Assembly (NCBI GenBank): GCA_015065105.1 | Contig: SVQZ01000005.1 | Span: 35,412 to 99,411, forward strand | Length of the DNA: 64,000 nt | DNA from: Oscillospiraceae bacterium | Lineage (GTDB): Bacteria > Bacillota > Clostridia > Oscillospirales > CAG-272 | Direction of reading: 5' to 3' | Part shown: piece by piece, positions 20,501 to 27,223 of the stretch | How positions within the stretch are numbered: the first letter of the stretch is position 1 | Layout: each line of letters begins with the position of its first letter | Notes under the pieces: generated by a model | What the model saw: the letters and a program-made list of their open reading frames with translations, nothing else | Told to the model about the DNA's origin: nothing | Databases searched by the model: none | Position numbers and translations under genes: made by a program

Positions 20501-23500
20501 CAGCATCGGCATACCTAAGGGTAATGGGAGCGGAAAATGAAATTCCCGAAGTATATCTTTACGTCTCCGATCAACAGGGTAATCTCACACAAAGCAGAAC
20601 GATACGGGAAAGCACCTCAAACGGTCAATGGGAACGCTTAAGCGTTACCTTCGATGCACAGGCGAACAAGAATTACGGAATATATATTAAAACCAACACC
20701 CCTGATGCAACGGTATATGCCGACGACCTCCAGCTTGAAGCGGGAGATGGCGCAAGCCGTCCCGGCTTACTTTCAAACGGCGGCTTTGAGCATTCGGATG
20801 ATAAATGGACGCTTGCTTCAGGCGTTGGTACGGTAAGTACAGATAAATATATGCCCGGTTCGCAATGCAGCTACAAGCTGACGGCAGGTGCAGGTACACA
20901 GTCTCAGATAACTCAGACCACAGCCGTTAATTCAGCAAATTCAGCTGAGACCTTTGTGTTGAGCGGCTGGGCATGGGCGGATTCGATACCCGTAAGAGAA
21001 GGAAACGGAGATGAAAGCAAGCTTGAATCAAAATTCAAGCTCTTCGCCAAGGTGAGCTATACCGATACAAGTATAGGCGACTCCTGGTACAGAGCAGATT
21101 TTAACCCTGATATACGAAACGAATGGCAGTTTTTAAGTCTTATGATAGTACCGAAGCATGATGCCGCGATAAGCAGTATAACAGTAGGAGTATGCTATGC
21201 AAATAATAACGGCAGCGCATATCTTGATAACCTCAGCCTTATCCGCGAGGACGTTCAGACCTACAGCTATGACGAGGAGGGCAACCTTATTCAGGCGGGC
21301 TCATCGGCAAGCGAGGAAAAGGCAAGCTACAGCTATGACGGTGCAGATCTCATCAGCGCCGCCATGCCGGGAAGCGGAACGTGTAACTATACATATAAAC
21401 AAACGGGTAATACGCATTTAGCAGAAACCGTTACCTGTGACGATCTCAAAATGTCATTGGAATACAGTGCGGCGGGAACAAACACGCTATCGACCCTTGA
21501 AAGCACCTCAAATACAAGCGGCAAAAAGATATGCTCAAGCGCAAGCTACAGTGCCGATGGGGACCACGTAAGCTACAGCGAAGATGCAAACGGTATCAGC
21601 GCAAGCTATAGCTATGATAACAAAAATCAGCTTTCAAGCTCTGCCGTTCAAAGCTCGGAGACCTTAAGTAATGGTGACGTCACAACGAATTACACCTATG
21701 ACAGCATAGGCAGAAGCAAGACCACGTATATTTCGGGAAAAATATCCCTTGACTACAGCTACACCGACGGTATGCTCACCGGCATCACAAGGGGCGGATA
21801 TATCCCGGGAAACAGCACAAAACAGAGCCAGAGCTACAGCTTTGTTTACGATGAATGGGGCAATACCGCACAGACCCGTCTCGGTGATGATACGATGCTT
21901 GCAAGCTACGAATATGCACCGAACAACGGAAATCTTATCAAGATGACCTACGGCAACGGTGCGTATATAGAATACGAGTACGATAACCTTGACAGAATCG
22001 TTAAAGTATCGTATAATGGTATCGAAAGATGTAGATATTCCTTTAACGGCGACGGTGCTTTGTATAAGGTAACCGAAGGAACAAAGAGCCATTACTATAA
22101 CTATGACGGCATAGGACGTCTTGTAAGCCTTGTGACCTATGAAAACGGTACGGTTACCGATTATCAGTCCTTTGGTTACGATGAACACGGACGCACCTCC
22201 TCCGTAACCGAAAAATTCGGCTGTAACGAGGTAAAGGACAGCTATACATATAACGAAAGCAACGGTCTTGTGACCTCTGTTACACAGCAGTATCATGCGG
22301 GCTACAAAAACTCAACGAACACCTTCAGCTACAGCTATGACCATTTAAAGCGTGCCGATTCAACCACCGTTGCCCATGACGGCAAGAGCTATAGTGTTAA
22401 CTACAGATACGCAAATAATCTTAAGGATTCTGCATATACTTCGAATTTAATAAACAGAAAGAGCTACGGAACAAGTGTTTATGAAAGCGATGCCTATAAA
22501 TTCGATTACGTATATGACAGGGGCGGAAATATCAAGACCGCAACCGTAACGAGCAAGTATGACAGCAATTACGTATATACCGTAAGATACGGCTATGACG
22601 AGCAGAATCAGCTTGTAAGCGAGCGCTGTGCGGCAACGAACAGAGCCTACGTATATGAATATGATACCTACGGAAATATCCGCAGTAAAAAGACATATAC
22701 CTACGGCAACTATGCAGATCCGGAGGATATAGCGGCAAACTGTACTCTGTTATCCACCGACGTCTATGAATATGACGATTACGAATGGTTCGATCTTTTA
22801 ACCGAGTACAATAACGTACCCTTCAGCCATGATATCATAGGTAATCCGTTAACGTATTACAATGGAAAGAACTATACCTTCACCTGGCAGAACGGACGTC
22901 AGATGGCAACTGTTTCGGTAAATGGTACTAATTTGTCCTTTGAGTATGATATAGACGGACTTCGTACCAAGAAGACTGTACAAAACGGTGAAACCTATAA
23001 TTACTATTATTCGGGCAATAAGCTTCATGCCATGACCTGGGAGAACGGCACAAAGATGCTGAGTTTTCTTTATGACTCAAGCGGAGCACCCTACAGCATG
23101 GTATATTGCTATACCGAAAGCGGAGTAAAGTATTCATCCTCCTACTATTACGTAACAAACCTACAGGGTGACGTTATAGCCCTCATGAACGCAAATCACG
23201 AAATAGTTGCCGAATACCTTTACGACGCCTGGGGTAATATCCTTTCGGTAACAAATGCAAACGGAACAGACCTATCCGGCAATGCAACCCATATCGCAAA
23301 CCTTAACCCCTTACGCTACAGAGGTTACGTTTACGATAACGAGACAGGGTTCTACTATCTTCAGAGTAGGTATTATGATCCTGTGATTGGGCGATTTATT
23401 AACCTTGACGGATTCATTTCTACCGATACCGGATTCCTTGGTCATAATATGTTTGCGTACTGTAACAATAATTCGGTGATGTTTAGTGATCATAGTGGGT

Positions 23501-23979
23501 GTCTTTCTATTGCTCTAAATTCTGAAGATATAAAAACTCTAATCGAGGGTTTAGTAGCTGGTATAAGTGCTGCTGTTGCTGATGGACCGTCTTTTGTTGC
23601 TGATATTGTCGGAGCAGGTATATTTTTTGTTGCTGGAGTTAAAGTTGTATCAAATGTTAAATCTCGTGCTGAAGAGGAAACAGAAGAAAGAGAAAAAATT
23701 TCGGATTCTGTTTCCAATAACAAATCAAACGAACCGATAATATTTCCTGTTGACCCAAATCTATTTTGTCCAAGAGGTTTGATAAAAGTACCTAGAGAAG
23801 GTAGTAAAAACGGAAAATTAATTAGTTGGATGAGTCCGGTAACGAATGTTGAAGTTTTTCGGTGGGATGAAAATACTAATTTCTCAAATGGTCCTCATTA
23901 TCATATCTACGGCAGCGGCCATTATGCACCTGGAACTAATGTGCCAGAACCATATGCAACATTATATTTTTCTGAATAA
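17527..23979 (+). CDS. Rhs/YD-repeat polymorphic toxin precursor (WapA-like): Sec signal peptide, tandem CBM-like modules, YD-repeat shell, Rhs core, variable C-terminal tip 1
   Basis: ORF is 17407..23979. Preferred start is the ATG at 17527, with AGGAG 5 nt upstream, giving the signal peptide MKRITKRSLSMILSILMIFHLFPYGASG. Many YD-type repeats are present (YSYDEEGNLI, YTYDSIGR, YEYDNLDRIV, YNYDGIGRLV, YGYDEQNQLV, YEYDTYGNI). The core ends NPLRYRGYVYDNETGFYYLQSRYYDPVIGRFINLD...NNSVMFSDHSG and is followed by an unrelated 159-aa tail. Confidence 0.9.
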   Translation: MKRITKRSLSMILSILMIFHLFPYGASGNKSTKSISSYDPVPEITDNNVIEVQQEEPPYVLYEEENLREERVKHYRMSNGSFAAVEFPYSVHYENEDKSYSEIDNTLIKGEDGYSNRENDVNYTFSTDTDTNEILDISYGSYELEIDFTGVTSELPLSDNTSDLETKSKSSNKSIEIINPEDRVTEEKNGTVSAFTTREGPLNIEKPSVEDVLSNQIKNESSIKYINITKGIDLRYDISGNELKEYIILKEKPEGNIFSFNMKLDGLIPVLNNDKSVSICDKDFNRIFMIPAPFMTDASGVVSYDCEYIIEESGEGISFKISANKEWLDSEDRSYPVMIDPALNVTGEDKTNAMTTSYYAAGANTVNTAMQEIYMGYDSWYDGEYIGYLKVNTLPAIPYGASPVKAYVYLGHYAYDGESMESLNVSARAVTGNTWYTQYSNTVLDYTVLSDDTVGEFVSWDISDAAKGWYIFNSDPEEDNALENKGIVFVSEHDLNDSYNAKATLYGFHNLNFNEGCKPKFVVYYQNMIGMEQRYSSNTQNIGRAGTGNIRAYDADLTLLRNDASFSSTAMSFTVSHIYNTKYHKNHFTSNGTVLNTKNYDQMFVGKGWKLNLQQTVVEKQITDINGNAQSYLIYTDEDGTEHYFNKDPDNNTRYIDEEGMDLTAFSENGEWIIKSEKDVRMYFCNGYLYKIEDANGNYVEIYYGDSAQNTAGTEHKPAENRNRILEIKQTAAGGTTKSIARFSYASDNFLYSVTDIAGRRTTIEYTGIGQIDYFKDCDGVRSKYIYDSQTSAGKLISAYDSGSGYGIDYAYKGLSVVAFNEFCSNHDNNCNPVNKTTGASYWYNTSGDKVTYFRYSGADRTLNTADDIVTTYLFDDYARTVNCYSANTKITDGTQAFSLYGTGAAAYTPTSISAPEKNNRISAETSSGRVAVNLLMNPSAEGNGSYWQLQNGGSLNSVLENVRSGEKSIKLKGTGAYACQTRQIKSAGKHTASAYLRVMGAENEIPEVYLYVSDQQGNLTQSRTIRESTSNGQWERLSVTFDAQANKNYGIYIKTNTPDATVYADDLQLEAGDGASRPGLLSNGGFEHSDDKWTLASGVGTVSTDKYMPGSQCSYKLTAGAGTQSQITQTTAVNSANSAETFVLSGWAWADSIPVREGNGDESKLESKFKLFAKVSYTDTSIGDSWYRADFNPDIRNEWQFLSLMIVPKHDAAISSITVGVCYANNNGSAYLDNLSLIREDVQTYSYDEEGNLIQAGSSASEEKASYSYDGADLISAAMPGSGTCNYTYKQTGNTHLAETVTCDDLKMSLEYSAAGTNTLSTLESTSNTSGKKICSSASYSADGDHVSYSEDANGISASYSYDNKNQLSSSAVQSSETLSNGDVTTNYTYDSIGRSKTTYISGKISLDYSYTDGMLTGITRGGYIPGNSTKQSQSYSFVYDEWGNTAQTRLGDDTMLASYEYAPNNGNLIKMTYGNGAYIEYEYDNLDRIVKVSYNGIERCRYSFNGDGALYKVTEGTKSHYYNYDGIGRLVSLVTYENGTVTDYQSFGYDEHGRTSSVTEKFGCNEVKDSYTYNESNGLVTSVTQQYHAGYKNSTNTFSYSYDHLKRADSTTVAHDGKSYSVNYRYANNLKDSAYTSNLINRKSYGTSVYESDAYKFDYVYDRGGNIKTATVTSKYDSNYVYTVRYGYDEQNQLVSERCAATNRAYVYEYDTYGNIRSKKTYTYGNYADPEDIAANCTLLSTDVYEYDDYEWFDLLTEYNNVPFSHDIIGNPLTYYNGKNYTFTWQNGRQMATVSVNGTNLSFEYDIDGLRTKKTVQNGETYNYYYSGNKLHAMTWENGTKMLSFLYDSSGAPYSMVYCYTESGVKYSSSYYYVTNLQGDVIALMNANHEIVAEYLYDAWGNILSVTNANGTDLSGNATHIANLNPLRYRGYVYDNETGFYYLQSRYYDPVIGRFINLDGFISTDTGFLGHNMFAYCNNNSVMFSDHSGCLSIALNSEDIKTLIEGLVAGISAAVADGPSFVADIVGAGIFFVAGVKVVSNVKSRAEEETEEREKISDSVSNNKSNEPIIFPVDPNLFCPRGLIKVPREGSKNGKLISWMSPVTNVEVFRWDENTNFSNGPHYHIYGSGHYAPGTNVPEPYATLYFSE
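23035..23403 (+). repeat. Rhs-core homology block, copy 1 (inside the full-length gene)
   Basis: 369 nt, in-frame direct repeat of 24497..24865. My hand count found 41 mismatches (about 89% identity), with identical runs of about 45-55 nt. Confidence 0.9.
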
Positions 23980-23998
23980 TACAAGGAACTTTTAAATT

Positions 23999-24403
23999 AT
24001 GATCAAATATAATATATCAAAAATCGAGAAACTAAAAGAGTTTATATACTACAGCAATATACATGATGCTATAGTAAAATACAGTAAATATGATTTAAAA
24101 AACAATTGTTTCACAATTAAAGTCGCTAATTATTCGTTTAATATACAATATACTTTGAAATTTTATAATATTGAATATTTATTATTTACCAACACAGCTT
24201 CAAATAACTCTAATAATATTAACACTTTAGTTGTAAGCAAATCTAACGATAATAATGAAGTTCTAAATGAACTATCTCTGAAATTTTCACAAAATAATTT
24301 TTATTTTATATTTGAAATGTTCTTTGATAAAGAAATTCATATTATATGCGAATCGATTGGTATAATAACATCGCAACCCAGACTAACTGTAGAAAGTCAA
24401 TAG
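23999..24403 (+). CDS. Candidate cognate immunity protein for tip 1 (cytosolic; no signal peptide or transmembrane segment)
   Basis: 134 aa. Starts 20 nt after the rhs stop, on the same strand. Very AT-rich and rich in Asn, Ile, Lys and Tyr. Position is typical of Rhs immunity genes. No family recognised. Confidence 0.55.
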   Translation: MIKYNISKIEKLKEFIYYSNIHDAIVKYSKYDLKNNCFTIKVANYSFNIQYTLKFYNIEYLLFTNTASNNSNNINTLVVSKSNDNNEVLNELSLKFSQNNFYFIFEMFFDKEIHIICESIGIITSQPRLTVESQ

Positions 24404-24448
24404 AAAAAGTTTAAAAGTTTAAAGAAATGCGTTATCCTTGACAGATTC

Positions 24449-25519
24449 TTGAATTTGTCAAGGGTAGTGCAAATCTTAGTGGTTGGAAAGACCTTGACTT
24501 GGGAAAACGGCGCAAAAATGCTGAGCTTTCTTTATGACTCAAGCGGTAATCCCTACAGCATGGTATATTGCTATACCGAAAACTCAGTAAAGTATTCATC
24601 CTCCTACTATTACGTAACAAACCTGCAGGGCGACGTTGTTGCTCTCATGAATGCAAATCACGAAATAGTTGCCGAATACCTTTACGACGCCTGGGGTAAT
24701 ATTCTTTCGGTAACAAATGCAAGCGGAACAGACCTATCCGGTAATGCAAACCATATCGCAAACCTTAACCCCTTACGCTACAGAGGTTACGTTTACGATA
24801 ACGAGACGGGATTCTATTATGTATCCAGCCGTTATTACGATCCTGAGATCGGTAGATTTATAAATGCAGATAATACAATTTCCGGTATCAACGGACCGAT
24901 GTTGGGATATAACCAGTTTGCCTACAGTTTCAATAATCCTGTAAATATGGATGATGAATCCGGTAATTGGCCCAAATGGGTGAAAAATACTGTTAAATGG
25001 GTGGCTAAGAATGTTGTTAAACCAGTTGTAAAAACTGTCAAAAAGACTCTTTCCAAGGTTGATGCTACATATTCGCGAGGTATCAATGTTAGTGGGACAC
25101 CAAGTGCTTTTATTTTCAATCTTCAGGCAGGTATATCCATAGACACAAAAGGGAATGTTGCAATACAGGGGTCTGCCGGAGGAGGCATTACGGGTGGAGT
25201 ACCCAGTGCATCTATCACGGCATATCAAAGTGTAACCAATGCGCCAAGTATAGCCAAACTTGAGGACTCCGGTTATCAAATTGGTGGTTCTATAGGAGTC
25301 CCTGTATATGAGGTTCCACTGGCTGTAGGGGGTGACTTCAACATAATTCCAGATAGCGCCCTAAACACAACATATTATGGTGCAACAAGTAATGTGGGGA
25401 TTGGAACGCCTGGTGGAGAGTTTCATGTTGAATGGGGTGAAACTGCCACATGGAATGCCACTCGGTTTAACATATTTGATGTGGCTGAAGACGTTTACAT
25501 TAAGATTATGGAGTGGTAA
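24449..25519 (+). CDS. Orphan Rhs C-terminal module 1: about 123 codons of Rhs core plus alternative toxin tip 2
   Basis: The frame opens at a TTG with no Shine-Dalgarno. Residues TWENGAKMLSFLYDSSGNPYSMVYCYTE...NPLRYRGYVYDNETGFYYVSSRYYDPEIGRFINAD...NNPVNMDDESG parallel the end of the main gene. A different 185-aa tail follows. Confidence 0.75.
   Translation: MNLSRVVQILVVGKTLTWENGAKMLSFLYDSSGNPYSMVYCYTENSVKYSSSYYYVTNLQGDVVALMNANHEIVAEYLYDAWGNILSVTNASGTDLSGNANHIANLNPLRYRGYVYDNETGFYYVSSRYYDPEIGRFINADNTISGINGPMLGYNQFAYSFNNPVNMDDESGNWPKWVKNTVKWVAKNVVKPVVKTVKKTLSKVDATYSRGINVSGTPSAFIFNLQAGISIDTKGNVAIQGSAGGGITGGVPSASITAYQSVTNAPSIAKLEDSGYQIGGSIGVPVYEVPLAVGGDFNIIPDSALNTTYYGATSNVGIGTPGGEFHVEWGETATWNATRFNIFDVAEDVYIKIMEW
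24497..24865 (+). repeat. Rhs-core homology block, copy 2 (orphan 1)
   Basis: Direct repeat of 23035..23403 at an offset of 1,462 nt. Confidence 0.9.
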
Positions 25520-25521
25520 AG

Positions 25522-26235
25522 ATGAAGTTGATTCGACATATTTTCACAATCATATTAACACTACTTTTGCTAGTTTTTGGAGGGGTAGAGGTGTTGGCTA
25601 TGAATACAGGTTTTTCTACTGAATCGTTGCCAGAAGATGATATGAATACATTGCTCAAAAATGTAAATATATCTATGTTGACAGACGAGCCACCAAAGAA
25701 AACAATTGAGTGTTTTGCTGTTAATGAAGATGGAGTGATCGCTATTGGCTGTAATAGTTCTGAAAACAAAGTAGTATGTATTTATACAAGTGACGGCGTT
25801 TTTCAATATGGTTACAGTTTTAAATGTAGTGGTAATTTCGGCATTGAATTTGATAAAAGTGTATTAAATATTTATCTTGTTCGTAGTGATATTGCAATTG
25901 CTGTTAATTCTGTTGGAGAAGTAGAGAGTATCCTTAAAATTCAAAACACATCCGAAAACAACTCTTATTGGAATGATTGCGTTTTTTCAACCAGACGAAA
26001 AATTGGAGATACCGAATATTTCCTTAAAAATGATATGGGTATTTTAAATGTATTTGCATCATCATATTCTCAATTAATCATCACAAATAAATACGGTGAA
26101 GAAAGTATTATATATGATGTAAATTCGGCTCAATTTTCAAATATGGTAGTAGTTGTTGGTGGGGTTATTGTATTTATTTGTCTTGTTGTAGCAGTTGTTA
26201 TTTGGCAGTTCATTAAGCTAAAGCGCAATGCTTGA
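25522..26235 (+). CDS. Candidate immunity protein for tip 2; extracytoplasmic and membrane-tethered
   Basis: ATG at 25522 with GGAG 8 nt upstream (a GTG at 25513 is also possible). It overlaps the end of orphan 1. N-terminal signal peptide MKLIRHIFTIILTLLLLVFGGVEVLA. C-terminal transmembrane anchor VVVVGGVIVFICLVVAVVIWQF followed by KLKRNA. Confidence 0.55.
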   Translation: MKLIRHIFTIILTLLLLVFGGVEVLAMNTGFSTESLPEDDMNTLLKNVNISMLTDEPPKKTIECFAVNEDGVIAIGCNSSENKVVCIYTSDGVFQYGYSFKCSGNFGIEFDKSVLNIYLVRSDIAIAVNSVGEVESILKIQNTSENNSYWNDCVFSTRRKIGDTEYFLKNDMGILNVFASSYSQLIITNKYGEESIIYDVNSAQFSNMVVVVGGVIVFICLVVAVVIWQFIKLKRNA

Positions 26236-26290
26236 ACATTTTTAGCACCATCCCAGCAAGCATCGCCTTTTGGGGACAAAAGGCAGTTTG

Positions 26291-26446
26291 TTGGGAGAAT
26301 CCCAAGCCCTTAAAGGTTTCAGGAATATTCCTGACAAGTCTGCGTTTGGGTGACCAAACGCGATGTTTACGGTACATAACAGTTTTCTTTTTTCGGCAAG
26401 TAACCGACCGAAAAATAATGACCCGGAGGGATTATCCCCTCCGGGT
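26291..26446. other. Cluster of five short perfect hairpins in the spacer between cassettes 2 and 3
   Basis: ttggga-gaa-tcccaa (26291-26305). tcaggaat/attcctga (26319-26334). gcgtttgg-GTGA-ccaaacgc (26342-26361, GNRA-type loop). tttttcgg...ccgaaaaa (about 26389-26415). acccggaggg-attatc-ccctccgggt (26421-26446). No convincing ORF. Confidence 0.35.
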
Positions 26447-26509
26447 AAATAGCAGAACCCAGCCGAAGTAATATTCTATTATCTGCAGAGCAGATATTAT
26501 GATCCTGCG

Positions 26510-27211
26510 GTGGGTAGGTTTGTCAGTGCGGATTCTATTTTTATTACAAGTTCGTTTTTAGGTTATAATTTATTTTCATACTGTGAAAACACACCTGTTA
26601 CTTCTATAGATTCAAACGGTTATTGTAAAAAAATCCTTTTTATAAAATTCGATTGTCATAAGGTTACCTGTAAAACAAGCAAAAACTATAAGTCAACAAG
26701 AAAAAAAGCAGCTGTACTATATGATGGTAGATCGAGTGGTTCGTTTTTTGGTTTAATAGATGGTCAAGGATTTGAAAAACAAGGAGAGTCATTAGTTGAG
26801 GAATTACAATCATCTTACGAGGTTGATGCTATTTCATTTGATACTTTAGGGGGGGTTGTAGATGGTTGGAATTCTCTAAATGACACATATGACCGTGTAT
26901 ATATATTAGCACATGGAGATCCGGGTAATTTGTGGTGTGAAGGTGAAAATCTCGGTGTTGATCAAAATTCTTCCTATTCAATTTGGGATTTAAGTGCAAT
27001 AGATACTAAAAATATATATTTGTATTCTTGTAATGGAGCTACTCTAAATCAAGACGGGATCAGTTTAGCGAATGCTTTCTCGGATATTACAGGTGCTTGT
27101 GTTACCGCTGTTTCTAATGGTTCGGTTAATTACAATATTTTAACAAATAAACCATATGCAGACGGCGGGGTATGGGTATCTCGAACACGTAAGAACTATA
27201 TTTTTAAATAG
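26510..27211 (+). CDS. Orphan Rhs C-terminal module 2: minimal core remnant plus toxin tip 3 with a caspase/CHAT-like His-Cys dyad
   Basis: The ORF track starts at GTG 26510, with no Shine-Dalgarno. The in-frame upstream sequence from 26474 reads FYYLQSRYYDPAVGRFVSAD, which is the end of the Rhs core. It continues ...CENTPVTSIDSNG and then a 195-aa tail containing VYILAHGDPG (His codon 26912-26914) and IYLYSCNGAT (Cys codon 27029-27031). Confidence 0.65.
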   Translation: MGRFVSADSIFITSSFLGYNLFSYCENTPVTSIDSNGYCKKILFIKFDCHKVTCKTSKNYKSTRKKAAVLYDGRSSGSFFGLIDGQGFEKQGESLVEELQSSYEVDAISFDTLGGVVDGWNSLNDTYDRVYILAHGDPGNLWCEGENLGVDQNSSYSIWDLSAIDTKNIYLYSCNGATLNQDGISLANAFSDITGACVTAVSNGSVNYNILTNKPYADGGVWVSRTRKNYIFK

Positions 27212-27223
27212 GTGGTATATTTT

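Noticed and set aside
17527-23979. T6SS (PAAR, VgrG-linked) or T7SS (LXG, WXG100) delivery signatures in or around the Rhs gene
   Set aside because: I saw none. The N-terminus is a Sec signal peptide, and no secretion-system genes flank the locus within the window.
26232-26471. 79-aa ORF in the spacer between cassettes 2 and 3
   Set aside because: It overlaps the stop of the upstream gene and has no Shine-Dalgarno. The sequence is dominated by hairpin arms and the peptide shows no recognisable features. I treated it as non-coding.
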